Source of the DNA: an uncultured Flavobacterium sp.
GTDB taxonomy: Bacteria > Bacteroidota > Bacteroidia > Flavobacteriales > Flavobacteriaceae
Length of the DNA: 64,000 nucleotides
Assembly: GCA_964414655.1 (NCBI GenBank)
Contig: CAYPXI010000001.1
Coordinates: 2,984 to 66,983 of the forward strand
Direction of reading: 5' to 3'
The position numbers and the translations under genes are program-made. This document shows positions 41,197-50,023 of the stretch, piece by piece (within the stretch, counting starts at the first letter, position 1; each line of letters opens with the position of its first letter). Below the pieces are notes generated by a model. That model was not told the origin of the DNA. It saw only the letters and a program-made list of their open reading frames with translations, and searched no databases.

Positions 41197-41991
41197 ATGG
41201 TCTCAATTGTTATACGAAATAAAAACGAAGCCGTAGCACTCGAAAAAGTGTTGCAAATTTTGCATAGCCAATACCAAAATGATTTTTCCGAAATTATTAT
41301 TGTAGATAATAATTCTACCGATAATAGCTTGCAAATAGCACAAAACTACGGTTGTAAAATTGTCCCAATAAAAGATTTTACTTACGGTAAAGCAACCAAT
41401 CTAGGCATTCAAAACGCCAGTTCCAATTATGTTCTTCTTTTGAGTGCTCATGCCATTCCTGTTGGAAATAGTTTCTTTAAGGATTCACTTGTAGTGATGC
41501 AATCCAACGAGAATATTGCGGGTTTACGTTATATCAATAGTTTAGCTAATTACACTCGCGCTATCGAAAATAATTTTGTCATCAATAATCCGATTCAATA
41601 TGGCTTAATGACAGCTTGCGCCATGATCAATAAAGTTGCTTGGCAAAGAATTAAGTTTGATGAAGAAATGGTATTTAGCGAAGATAAAGATTGGTCCAAA
41701 CGAGTTGTTGACGCTGGATTTCAATTGAAAGACATTAACCAAACCTTCTTTTATTTTGCTAAACCAACCCCAACAGGATTAATCAATCGCTACAAAAACG
41801 AAACCATTGCGCACTATCAATTAAACAATCAAATCGGGCCTTCGTCAGGAAAGATTATTTTATCATTCTTAAAGAAAACAATGGTAACCAACGTAGTAAC
41901 TTTCTTCACAACATTTCAAAAGGATGTCACTTTATTAAAAACAAAGTTCGAAATCAGAAACCGACTCAAATCGTATGCAAAAAACAAATAA
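41197..41991 (+). CDS. Family 2 glycosyltransferase
   Basis: ATG at 41197 (MVSIVIRNKNEA...IIIVDNNSTDNS); the ORF-track TTG start at 41167 is less likely. Confidence 0.8.
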   Translation: MVSIVIRNKNEAVALEKVLQILHSQYQNDFSEIIIVDNNSTDNSLQIAQNYGCKIVPIKDFTYGKATNLGIQNASSNYVLLLSAHAIPVGNSFFKDSLVVMQSNENIAGLRYINSLANYTRAIENNFVINNPIQYGLMTACAMINKVAWQRIKFDEEMVFSEDKDWSKRVVDAGFQLKDINQTFFYFAKPTPTGLINRYKNETIAHYQLNNQIGPSSGKIILSFLKKTMVTNVVTFFTTFQKDVTLLKTKFEIRNRLKSYAKNK

Positions 41992-42862
41992 ACTGTCTAA
42001 TCTTTACCGCCTAAATACCAAATCTGCTTTAGTTGTCTTGGTTTATTTATGCAAAAAAGTACTTCGAGTTAAAGTCAGCTCAACCGAAAATGAAATGTAC
42101 ATTTTGTATAATTATCTATTGAAAAATGACGGTTATCTCAAAGAGGAAACCGCTACTTCCTATACTTGTATTTTTAAAAAAAATAGAGAAAAAAAGATAA
42201 TTTTACGCAAAAATCCATCCAGCGATTTGGCTGTGTTTAATCAAGTATATGGCTGGTTAGAATACCAAAAAGTAGTAGAAACTTACAAAAATAGTTTCAA
42301 TTTTAATCCTGAAAATGAAATCAATATTATTGATGCAGGAAGCAATATAGGTTTGACTAGTTTGTACTTTTTAGATTATTTCAAACAAGTAAACCTCATT
42401 AGCGTTGAACCCGAAAAAGAAAACTTTAAAGTATTGCAAGCCAATCTTCAAAACTTGCCTAAACAATGTCAAACGCAACAAATCAATGGAGGTATTTGGA
42501 GTTCGGATACTTTTCTGAAAATTGTGAGCGATTTCAGAGATCAATCCGATTGGTCATTCCGAGTAGAAGAAACCAATAACCCCAATGATATCAAAGCGTA
42601 TAGTATCAATAGCTTACTAAAAAGTAACAATTGGAATAGTATTGATATTTTAAAAATTGACATAGAAGGTTCAGAAAAACAAATTTTCGATGTGCAAAAT
42701 TCGGACGTAAGCTTTTTAAGCAAAACCAAATGCATTGCCATTGAAATTCACGACGAATTTAACTGTAGAGAAATGATATACCAAGTACTATCTGACTATA
42801 ATTTTACCTATTTTAATAATGGAGAATTGACGATTGGTGTGAATCAAAATATTGTCAACTAG
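41975..42862 (+). CDS. FkbM-family methyltransferase
   Basis: 295 aa; IIDAGSNIGLTSLYFL...LISVEPEKENFKVLQANL, DILKIDIEGSE. Confidence 0.75.
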   Translation: MQKTNKLSNLYRLNTKSALVVLVYLCKKVLRVKVSSTENEMYILYNYLLKNDGYLKEETATSYTCIFKKNREKKIILRKNPSSDLAVFNQVYGWLEYQKVVETYKNSFNFNPENEINIIDAGSNIGLTSLYFLDYFKQVNLISVEPEKENFKVLQANLQNLPKQCQTQQINGGIWSSDTFLKIVSDFRDQSDWSFRVEETNNPNDIKAYSINSLLKSNNWNSIDILKIDIEGSEKQIFDVQNSDVSFLSKTKCIAIEIHDEFNCREMIYQVLSDYNFTYFNNGELTIGVNQNIVN

Positions 42863-42971
42863 TTCAAAAACAGTACGTTTGTTTCCTTTATAATGGACAA
42901 AATTAAATAAGGTTATTAACAGACAAATCCCATTGCATTTTCTATATTTGCCAAATGCCAAAAGCAATTTT

Positions 42972-43886
42972 ATGTTACAATTAAACGTCAAAAACGAAAC
43001 CTCAAGATTACGAGCTGTTGTGCTAGGTTCGGCTGTAAATAATGGGCCAACACCAACGGCAGAAGAAGCTTATGATCCAAAATCATTGGAACACATTTTA
43101 GCAGGAACTTATCCAATTGAAGCTGATATGGTAGCTGAAATGGAAGCCTTTAATCAAGTGTTTCAAAAATACGATGTCAAAGTGTATCGCCCCGAAATGA
43201 TCGAGAACTACAACCAAATTTTTACGCGCGATATCGGTTTTGTGATTGATGATGTTTTCATTAAAGCGAATATTTTGCCCGATAGAAACCGTGAACTCGA
43301 AGCAATTCAGTACGTCATCGACCAAATCGATCCCAAAAAAGTAGTGCGTCCACCTGATGATGTTCATATTGAAGGCGGCGATGTAATGCTATGGAACGAC
43401 TATATCTTTATTGGAACTTACAAAGGCTCAGACTATTCGTCGTTTATTACAGCTCGAACCAATATGGCTGGTGTGAATTACATTAAAGAGTTATTTCCAA
43501 ACAAAATCGTGAAAGAGTTCGATTTAGTAAAATCAAAACTAGAAGCAAGAGATAATGCGTTGCACCTTGATTGTTGCTTTCAACCAGTCGGAAAAAACAA
43601 AGGAATCATTTACAAAAGTGGTTTCCGTGAAGAAGCTGATTACGTCTATTTGGTCAACCTTTTCGGTAAGGAAAATCTCTTTCACATTACGCGCGACGAA
43701 ATGTACCACATGAATTCGAATGTTTTTTCAATTGATGAAAATGTAGTCGTTTCCGAACGCAATTTCACTCGATTAAACAATTGGTTGCGCGATAATGGTT
43801 TTACAGTAGAAGAAATTCCCTATGCCGAAATCGCCAAACAGGAAGGATTGTTGCGCTGTTCAACTTTGCCATTGATAAGAGATTAA
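42972..43886 (+). CDS. Amidinotransferase / dimethylarginine dimethylaminohydrolase-fold enzyme
   Basis: ATG at 42972 (MLQLNVKNETSRLRAVVLG). HIEGGDVM, ALHLDCCFQP, and a C-terminal nucleophile motif LLRCSTLPL typical of the guanidino-group-modifying superfamily. Confidence 0.7.
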   Translation: MLQLNVKNETSRLRAVVLGSAVNNGPTPTAEEAYDPKSLEHILAGTYPIEADMVAEMEAFNQVFQKYDVKVYRPEMIENYNQIFTRDIGFVIDDVFIKANILPDRNRELEAIQYVIDQIDPKKVVRPPDDVHIEGGDVMLWNDYIFIGTYKGSDYSSFITARTNMAGVNYIKELFPNKIVKEFDLVKSKLEARDNALHLDCCFQPVGKNKGIIYKSGFREEADYVYLVNLFGKENLFHITRDEMYHMNSNVFSIDENVVVSERNFTRLNNWLRDNGFTVEEIPYAEIAKQEGLLRCSTLPLIRD

Positions 43887-43968
43887 ATAGGTTTATAGTT
43901 TAGGGTTTAGGGTTCTCAAAAGAGCCAAAACAATAAACTACAAACAATAAACTATAAACAAAATAACC

Positions 43969-44905
43969 ATGAACCAAACCACCAATTCCATCCTCATGAT
44001 TCGCCCTGTCGCGTTTCGAATGAACGAGCAAACTGCCGTTAATAATTACTATCAAAAAGTACTCGACGGATTAACGCCAGAAACGGTCAATGCCAAAGCC
44101 CAAGCTGAATTCGATGCTTTTGTGCAAAAATTACGCATGGTTGGGGTAGATGTAACTGTTGTGGATGACACGCTTGATCCAGATACTCCCGATAGTATTT
44201 TTCCAAACAATTGGATATCATTTCACGAAAGTGGCGATGTGGCTTTGTATCCAATGTTTGCCGAAAATCGTCGTAGCGAAAGAAGAGAAGATATCTTAGA
44301 CATTTTGGAAGACAAAGGTTTTGTCATCAACGAAATCATGGACTATACTTCGGCTGAAGAAGATGAGGTTTTTTTTGGAAGGAACGGGAAGTTTGTTGCT
44401 CGATCGCGAAAATGGTAAAGCGTATTGTGCACTTTCACCTCGTGCCGACGAAGAGCTGATGATTGAATTTTGCGAAGATTTTGAATTTACACCGGTTATT
44501 TTCGAAGCGTTTCAAACGGTAAATGGCGAACGAAAATTAATCTATCATACCAACGTGATGATGTGTTTGGGCGATACGTTTGCTGTAATTTGTGCTGATT
44601 GTATCGATGATAAAAAAGAGCGCAAAATGGTACTCGATAGTTTGCGTGGTGACGAAAAAGAAATCATTCTCATTAGCGAGGATCAAGTAAACAATTTTGC
44701 TGGAAACATGCTGGAAGTAAAAGGCTCAGATGATCGACGCTACTTAGTAATGAGTACATCAGCGTTTAATAGTTTAACCAAAAAACAAATTGCACAATTG
44801 GAAGAACACATTACGATTTTGCATTCGAGCCTAGACACAATTGAAGCTTGTGGTGGTGGAAGCGCTCGTTGCATGATGGCCGAAATCTTCTTGCCAAAAG
44901 AATAG
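43969..44905 (+). pseudogene. Arginine-deiminase-related / CtlX-like amidinotransferase-fold gene, split by a +1 frameshift in a T8 run
   Basis: ORF 43969-44418 (MNQTTNSILMIRPVAFRMNEQTAVNNYYQ...) and ORF 44321-44905 (...FLEGTGSLLLDRENGKAYCALSPRADEE...GGGSARCMMAEIF) read as one protein if the T8 tract at 44369-44376 is T7. Confidence 0.75.
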
Positions 44906-44917
44906 AGGTAAAAATTC

Positions 44918-44983
44918 CAAATAACAAAAAGCAAATAACAAATAACAAAAAGCAAATAACAAAAAACAAATAACAAAAAAAAA
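44918..44983. repeat. CAAATAA-based A-rich heptamer/14-mer array
   Basis: CAAATAACAAAAAG-like units start at 44918, 44939, 44953 and 44967. Confidence 0.8.
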
Positions 44984-45008
44984 CAAGTTCAATCGAACTT
45001 GTTTTTTT
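44983..45008. terminator. Bidirectional-looking terminator between convergent genes
   Basis: ACAAGTTC-AATC-GAACTTGT, flanked by A9 upstream and T7 downstream. Confidence 0.75.
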
Positions 45009-45014
45009 AAATAT

Positions 45015-45078
45015 TCTAACTTCTAAAATCTAACTTCTAAAATCTAACTTCTAAAATCTAACTTCTAAAATCTAACTT
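45015..45078. repeat. 4.5 tandem copies of the 14-bp unit TCTAACTTCTAAAA (two TCTAAnn heptamers)
   Basis: Units start at 45015, 45029, 45043 and 45057, with a partial unit at 45071; the array abuts the stop codon of the minus-strand gene at 45077. Confidence 0.95.
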
Positions 45079-45694
45079 AATACTTAACGAATTCATAACC
45101 GCCTTTTTCTGCGCCCCAAACCTGTTTATCGTTCTTGTCAAAACCTTGATCCCACGACAAAATTTCATTTTCTGTTACAGTTACTTTTGAAGTGGCATAA
45201 CTAGCACCTCTCAATTCACTTGGGCAAGTTTTAACTCCGGTTTGTCCTGCAAATTTATTTTTACCAATACGTTTTAGCACCACTTCACAACCTTGTTTTA
45301 GTTCAATATCGTTTTCAGTTAAAGCATCGAATGCTTCGGGAGTTTTCCATTTTCCAATCCAATCCTTCTCGTTTTTTAAGGTGTGAATTTCGCTCACAAA
45401 CTCGTCGCCACGTTGTGAAACTTTATAAATTCGTACACGATAAGGCTTTTCTTGTTTGCTGAACATGGCTTGTTCCACATACAAATAATGACCTTTATCT
45501 TTCCAAATAGGAACCATTCGAAGCGAAATATTAAAATAACTCGTGTCTTTTTTAGATTGCGCTTCTGACGAATACTGTCCTTGCATGATGGTGACTAATT
45601 CATCCAAATTTGCAACTGATTTGTCAGTACTTGTCTTAGTTGATTTGCAACTAATAATAACTACAGTTAACAATAACAAAATACTATTTTTCAT
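45077..45694 (-). CDS. CpcT/CpeT (bilin-lyase family, DUF1001)-like lipoprotein
   Basis: 205 aa. Lipoprotein signal (LLLTVVIISCKS). GQYSSEAQ...YLYVEQAMFSKQEKPYRVRIYKV...GCEVVLKRIGKNKFAGQT...VWGAEKGGYEFVKY parallels the conserved CpcT blocks. Confidence 0.7.
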   Translation of the reverse strand: MKNSILLLLTVVIISCKSTKTSTDKSVANLDELVTIMQGQYSSEAQSKKDTSYFNISLRMVPIWKDKGHYLYVEQAMFSKQEKPYRVRIYKVSQRGDEFVSEIHTLKNEKDWIGKWKTPEAFDALTENDIELKQGCEVVLKRIGKNKFAGQTGVKTCPSELRGASYATSKVTVTENEILSWDQGFDKNDKQVWGAEKGGYEFVKY

Positions 45695-45698
45695 ATCT

Positions 45699-45746
45699 CT
45701 AATTTCTAATTTCTAATTTCTAACTTCTAATTTCTAATTTCTAAAT
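45699..45746. repeat. About 7 tandem copies of the heptamer CTAATTT (one copy is CTAACTT)
   Basis: Fills the entire 46-nt spacer between the MarC stop (45741) and the CpcT-like start (45694). Confidence 0.95.
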
Positions 45747-46376
45747 CCCTCTAATAATAGTTAACACCGCACTAATGATGTATTGTATTCCAATTGCCAC
45801 AGTCAAAAAACCTACAATGCGTGAAATTGCTACAATACCAGATGCTCCTAAGTATTTAGCCAAATAATGTGCGCTTCGTAAGATCAAAAAGATAACCAAC
45901 GAAACCACAAATATTGAAAAAGTCGAAGCCAACATTTCATTGGTGTTATGATGATCTTGATTGAACGCAATTAACAACGAAATCGATCCAGGCCCAGCTA
46001 ACATTGGCATAGCTAAAGGAGTTAAGGCAATTGAATTACGATTTTGTAAATCTTCTTCTACTTCTTTGCTAATTCCTTTGCGTTTCTTCGGATTGGCGTT
46101 GAGTAAACCAAATCCAGAACTCGCTATCAAAATACCACCAGCAATACGCAAAGCTGAAATTGTAATACCAAAAAAGCGCAACACGTATTCGCCGACAAAA
46201 AAAGCAATCAATAATATAATGCAAACGTTAATAGCCGTCCATAGCGACACTCGCGAACGCTCAGGTTTGCTGTAATCTTGTGTCAAACCTACAAAAAAAG
46301 GAATGGCTCCAAACGGATTCAAAACTGAAAATAGTGCGCCCAATAAAACAAAAAAAGTATTAAAAAAAACATCCAT
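45741..46376 (-). CDS. MarC-family (UPF0056) integral membrane protein
   Basis: ATG at 46376 (MDVFFNTFFVLLGALFSVLNPFGAIPFFVGL); the ORF-track TTG at 46406 is possible; about 6 TM helices. Confidence 0.8.
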   Translation of the reverse strand: MDVFFNTFFVLLGALFSVLNPFGAIPFFVGLTQDYSKPERSRVSLWTAINVCIILLIAFFVGEYVLRFFGITISALRIAGGILIASSGFGLLNANPKKRKGISKEVEEDLQNRNSIALTPLAMPMLAGPGSISLLIAFNQDHHNTNEMLASTFSIFVVSLVIFLILRSAHYLAKYLGASGIVAISRIVGFLTVAIGIQYIISAVLTIIRGI

Positions 46377-46466
46377 TTTGTGCGAAATAAAGTTAATTTT
46401 AGGCAAAGATACTCAAACAAAAATTTTTCAAGTTAAATTAAAAATAGTAATTTGTAAATTTGCGCT

Positions 46467-46832
46467 ATGAAAAATAAAAAAACACTCGTTCTCGGTGCTT
46501 CCACCAAACCCGATCGGTATGCATTTAAAGCGATTACTATGCTCACTGAAAAAGGGCATTCGGTTATTGCTATTGGACAAAATAGCGGAGAAGTTGCAGG
46601 AGTTAAAATCAACACCAAAACCATTCCACTCAAAAATATTGATACTGTTACACTTTACCTGAATCCAATTCGTCAACGGGAGTATTATAACTACATTCTT
46701 GAAACCAAACCCAAAAGAGTAGTGTTTAATCCAGGTACTGAAAATCCTGAGTTTTATCAACTATTAAAAGCTAATGGGATTGAAGTTGAAGTCTCTTGTA
46801 CGTTGGTTTTGTTGGCTACGAATCAATATTAA
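46467..46832 (+). CDS. CoA-binding domain protein (YccU-like)
   Basis: 121 aa; KTLVLGASTKPDRYAFKAITMLTEKGHSVIAIG. Confidence 0.75.
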   Translation: MKNKKTLVLGASTKPDRYAFKAITMLTEKGHSVIAIGQNSGEVAGVKINTKTIPLKNIDTVTLYLNPIRQREYYNYILETKPKRVVFNPGTENPEFYQLLKANGIEVEVSCTLVLLATNQY

Positions 46833-46854
46833 AGTATAATCAATTTATAATAGA

Positions 46855-46897
46855 AACCCTTTCATAGTTACAACTCTGAAAGGGTTATTATTTTTTT
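46855..46897. terminator. Shared terminator between convergent genes; same hairpin family as 14291
   Basis: AACCCTTTCA-TAGTTACAACTC-TGAAAGGGTT followed by ATTA and T7. Confidence 0.7.
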
Positions 46898-48413
46898 AAA
46901 ACCTTGTCTCCGAAGTTGCTGGTTTGCTAATTAGCAGTAACCCCAAAAAGGTAATCAATCCATTTACAATAATCAGTTCGTTATCAATGATATAATTTCC
47001 GAATAAATCAGCCGAATGTTTATTAATAAAAAAACAAACAGCGGGCGATAAAGCACAAATAATAGGGACTAACTTGTCGTGAACCGTTTTGGTTTTCACA
47101 AACAAACCAAAAGCATACAAACCCAAAAGTGGACCGTAGGTGTAACTTGCCACTTTAAAAATCATCGTCACTACTGATTTGTCGTTGAGCGAATTGAAAA
47201 TTACAATCACCAAAAACATCAAAACCGAAAATCCAATATGAACAAGGTGGCGTGTTCTTTTTAGTTTTTTTTCAGCAACCAACTGCTGACTGCTTTCTGC
47301 TGACTGCTTTTTGTCCATACCTAAAAAATCCACACAAAAAGACGTTGTTAAAGCCGTTAAAGCAGAATCAGTTGTAGCAAAAGTCGCTGCCGTCAATCCG
47401 AGTAAAAATACTACCGACGGAATCATACTCAAATGATTAAATGCAATTTCGGGAAACAATAAATCCGTACGTTTTACATCATCCACCATCGGAATTGCGA
47501 TACCATTTTTCTCAGCATACAAATACAGTAAAGCACCAACACTCAAAAAGAAAATATTGATAATGACAAAAATTCCAGTAAACGTAAACATATTCTTTTG
47601 CGCTTCACTAATGTTTTTGCAACTGAGGTTTTTCTGCATCAAATCTTGATCCAATCCAACCATTGCGATAGTAACAAACATGCCTCCCAAAATTTGTTTT
47701 ACCACAAAATTACCTTTCAAATAATCTTCATAGAAAAATACTTTAGAGTAATTACTGTTTTTCACTGCTTCAAAAGCCTCTACAAAACTGTAATCCAAAC
47801 TCTGGCAAATAAAAATAATGGTCAAAAACACAGACGAAACTAGAAAAAATGTTTGTAAAGTATCTGTAATAATTATCGTTTTCAATCCGCCGCGATACGT
47901 ATAGGCAAATATTAATCCGAGCGAAATTAAAACCGTAATAGCAAAAGGAACGTTGTAATCGTCAAATACAAATTTTTGCAAAACAATTACCACCAAATAC
48001 AATCGAAAAGCCGAACCAATTGTTCTACTTATCAAGAAAATAGTAGCCGCAGTTTTATAACTCACAACTCCAAGTCGCTGCTCAATATAACTGTAAATCG
48101 AAGTCAAATTCATCCGGTAGTACAACGGAAGCAGAACGGTTGCAATAATGATAAACCCGAGTGCATTTCCGAGTACAAACTGAAAATATTTAAACTGCAA
48201 ATCAGGATTTCCCACTTCGCCTGGAACCGAAATAAAGGTTACTCCTGAAAGCGCAGTTCCAATCATTCCAAAAGCTACCAAATACCATTTTGAGTTTTTA
48301 TTGGCTTTGAAAAACGCGTCATTGCTACTGTCTTTTTTACTGATTACGTTAGAGATGAAAATCAAAACCCCAAAATAAATGATGATAATGGTTAAAATAG
48401 CCGTTGATGACAT
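46896..48413 (-). CDS. Sodium:solute symporter family transporter
   Basis: About 505 aa from the ATG at 48413 (MSSTAILTIIIIYFG...); the ORF-track TTG at 48437 is possible; about 13 TM helices; SSF-like GMIGTALSGVTFISVPG. Confidence 0.8.
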   Translation of the reverse strand: MSSTAILTIIIIYFGVLIFISNVISKKDSSNDAFFKANKNSKWYLVAFGMIGTALSGVTFISVPGEVGNPDLQFKYFQFVLGNALGFIIIATVLLPLYYRMNLTSIYSYIEQRLGVVSYKTAATIFLISRTIGSAFRLYLVVIVLQKFVFDDYNVPFAITVLISLGLIFAYTYRGGLKTIIITDTLQTFFLVSSVFLTIIFICQSLDYSFVEAFEAVKNSNYSKVFFYEDYLKGNFVVKQILGGMFVTIAMVGLDQDLMQKNLSCKNISEAQKNMFTFTGIFVIINIFFLSVGALLYLYAEKNGIAIPMVDDVKRTDLLFPEIAFNHLSMIPSVVFLLGLTAATFATTDSALTALTTSFCVDFLGMDKKQSAESSQQLVAEKKLKRTRHLVHIGFSVLMFLVIVIFNSLNDKSVVTMIFKVASYTYGPLLGLYAFGLFVKTKTVHDKLVPIICALSPAVCFFINKHSADLFGNYIIDNELIIVNGLITFLGLLLISKPATSETRF

Positions 48414-48531
48414 AAATGAATTTTTTGTTTGTGCCAAAATACGAAATTAATGTCTCAATTTGTAAATCAAATAGTGAATTAATTTTCAAATTTTCAAATA
48501 ATCTCATTTTCAAATTAGTTACTTTTGCACC

Positions 48532-49149
48532 ATGGAATTTTCTTCAAAACTTTTGGAAAAAGCCGTTAACGAAATGGCGCAATTACCAGGCATTGGAAAG
48601 CGAACGGCTTTACGATTAGTATTGCATTTACTCAAACAACCTAGTGAGCAAACACAGTATCTTTCGCAAGCTTTGACTGTTATGCGTGAGGAAGTAAAAT
48701 ACTGTAATAATTGCCACAATATTTCCGATGTTGAAGTGTGTGAAATTTGTTCCAATCCAAGTCGAAACCACAAAATTATTTGCATTGTTGAAGATATTCG
48801 CGATGTAATGGCGATTGAGAATACAAACCAATTCAAAGGTGTTTATCATGTGTTAGGTGGAAAAATTTCACCAATAGATGGCGTGGGTCCAAGTCAGTTG
48901 AACATCATTACTTTGGTCGAAAAAGTGAAATCGGGCACAATTGAAGAAATTATTTTTGCTTTGAGTTCTACTATGGAAGGCGACACGACCAATTTTTATC
49001 TGTTCAAACAAATCAAAGATTTTAATGTAAAAACCTCTACAATCGCACGCGGAATAGCAGTTGGCGACGAATTAGAATACGCTGATGAGGTAACGTTAGG
49101 AAGAAGTATTTTACAACGTGTTCCTTTTGAAAATTCTTTTTATAAATAA
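48532..49149 (+). CDS. recR: Recombination protein RecR
   Basis: 205 aa; HhH ([12 protein letters not shown]), C4 zinc finger ([16 protein letters not shown]), Toprim. Confidence 0.95.
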   Translation: MEFSSKLLEKAVNEMAQLPGIGKRTALRLVLHLLKQPSEQTQYLSQALTVMREEVKYCNNCHNISDVEVCEICSNPSRNHKIICIVEDIRDVMAIENTNQFKGVYHVLGGKISPIDGVGPSQLNIITLVEKVKSGTIEEIIFALSSTMEGDTTNFYLFKQIKDFNVKTSTIARGIAVGDELEYADEVTLGRSILQRVPFENSFYK

Positions 49150-49170
49150 TCAAGTATTTCGGCAAGTTCT

Positions 49171-49200
49171 TTTGTTTTTTGAATTGAAAAACTATCTTTG
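49171..49200 (+). promoter_or_regulatory. Bacteroidota-type promoter for the polysaccharide locus (-33 TTTG, -7 TAnnTTTG)
   Basis: TTTG at 49171-49174, an 18-nt spacer, TATCTTTG at 49193-49200; lies 23 nt upstream of the wza-like ATG. Confidence 0.45.
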
Positions 49201-49222
49201 TTTGCTAAATTTAATTTCGACC

Positions 49223-50011
49223 ATGAATAAGATTCTTTTCTATATATTTTGCCTTAGTTTGCTTGTTACTTCTTGTGTTCCAACCAAAGATTTGGTATAT
49301 CTTCAAAACAAAGAAAATTCGGCTAATTCAAATATTAACGAGTTAAAAAACAAACCATACCGACTCCAAACCAACGATGTTATTAGCATCAATATCAAAG
49401 CACTTGATTCAAAATTGGTTGAGATTTTTAATAGTTCTAGCAATCAAAATCAAACGGCAACTACAGCTGATATACTCTATTTTGTAGGATATACAGTAGA
49501 CGATCATGGGAATGTGAGAATTCCAATTTTGGGTGAAGTCAATGTTTTAGGAAGTACTTTGGAAGAAGTGCGAAAAAAAATTGAAACAGAATTACTCAAT
49601 CAATATTTCAAAAAAGAAGCAGAGTTGTTTGTTACTGTAAAATTAGCTGGTTTCAGATACACCGTCAATGGGGAAGTAGGGAATCCAGGTTCTAAAGTAT
49701 TGTACCAAGATCGCGTTAATATTTTTGAAGCCATTGCAAATTCAGGAGATATTACAATTGTTGGCGACAGAAAAGATGTTAAGATTATGCGTCAATTTCC
49801 TAGTGGAACCGAAATTTTCAGTATCGATTTGACGGATGGTAAAGCAATGACATCACCTTATTTTTATTTGCAACCTAATGATTACGTTTATATTAAGCCT
49901 TTGAAACAAAAATCATGGGGTACAGGAAAAACAGGTGTAGAATCATTAGGAACAATTATTACTATTTTGTCTTTAGCTACGACAACTTTTTTACTGTTAA
50001 AAAACAATTAA
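49223..50011 (+). CDS. Polysaccharide export outer-membrane protein (Wza-like, Poly_export/SLBB)
   Basis: ATG at 49223 (MNKILFYIFCLSLLVTSCVPTKDLVYLQ, lipobox). YRLQTNDVISINI, GEVGNPG. The ORF-track start at 49118 overlaps recR. Confidence 0.85.
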   Translation: MNKILFYIFCLSLLVTSCVPTKDLVYLQNKENSANSNINELKNKPYRLQTNDVISINIKALDSKLVEIFNSSSNQNQTATTADILYFVGYTVDDHGNVRIPILGEVNVLGSTLEEVRKKIETELLNQYFKKEAELFVTVKLAGFRYTVNGEVGNPGSKVLYQDRVNIFEAIANSGDITIVGDRKDVKIMRQFPSGTEIFSIDLTDGKAMTSPYFYLQPNDYVYIKPLKQKSWGTGKTGVESLGTIITILSLATTTFLLLKNN

Positions 50012-50023
50012 TTTCTTCTCAAA

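Noticed and set aside
43887-43968. Telomere-like GTTTAGGGTTTAGGGTT and an imperfect palindrome (GTTTATAGTTTA ... TAAACTATAAAC) between the two amidinotransferase-fold genes
   Set aside because: There are only two TTTAGGG units and the palindrome is weak with a long loop. It is most simply an intergenic hairpin or weak terminator.
44918-45078. Possible CRISPR array (regularly repeated short units)
   Set aside because: The units are 7/14 bp and contiguous with no unique spacers, and no cas genes are present. These are simple tandem repeats.
45699-45746. Heptamer array CTAATTT as additional LytTR operator sites (it resembles AATTCTAAT)
   Set aside because: The sequence is ATTTCTAAT, with one extra T, and has 7-bp periodicity rather than 9-bp repeats phased at 21 bp. 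It is also on a different transcription unit.
46428-46760. Minus-strand ORFs (110 aa and 66 aa) overlapping the CoA-binding gene
   Set aside because: They are antisense to a recognisable conserved gene and have no features of their own.
48520-48527. Perfect TAnnTTTG box (TACTTTTG) upstream of recR
   Set aside because: It ends only 4 nt before the recR ATG, so a transcript from it would start inside the coding region. It is unlikely to be the recR promoter unless the mRNA is leaderless with a later start.
49118-49222. Extended N-terminus of the Wza-like ORF overlapping recR
   Set aside because: The extension lacks signal-peptide character, whereas the ATG at 49223 yields a canonical lipoprotein signal and follows a -33/-7 promoter.
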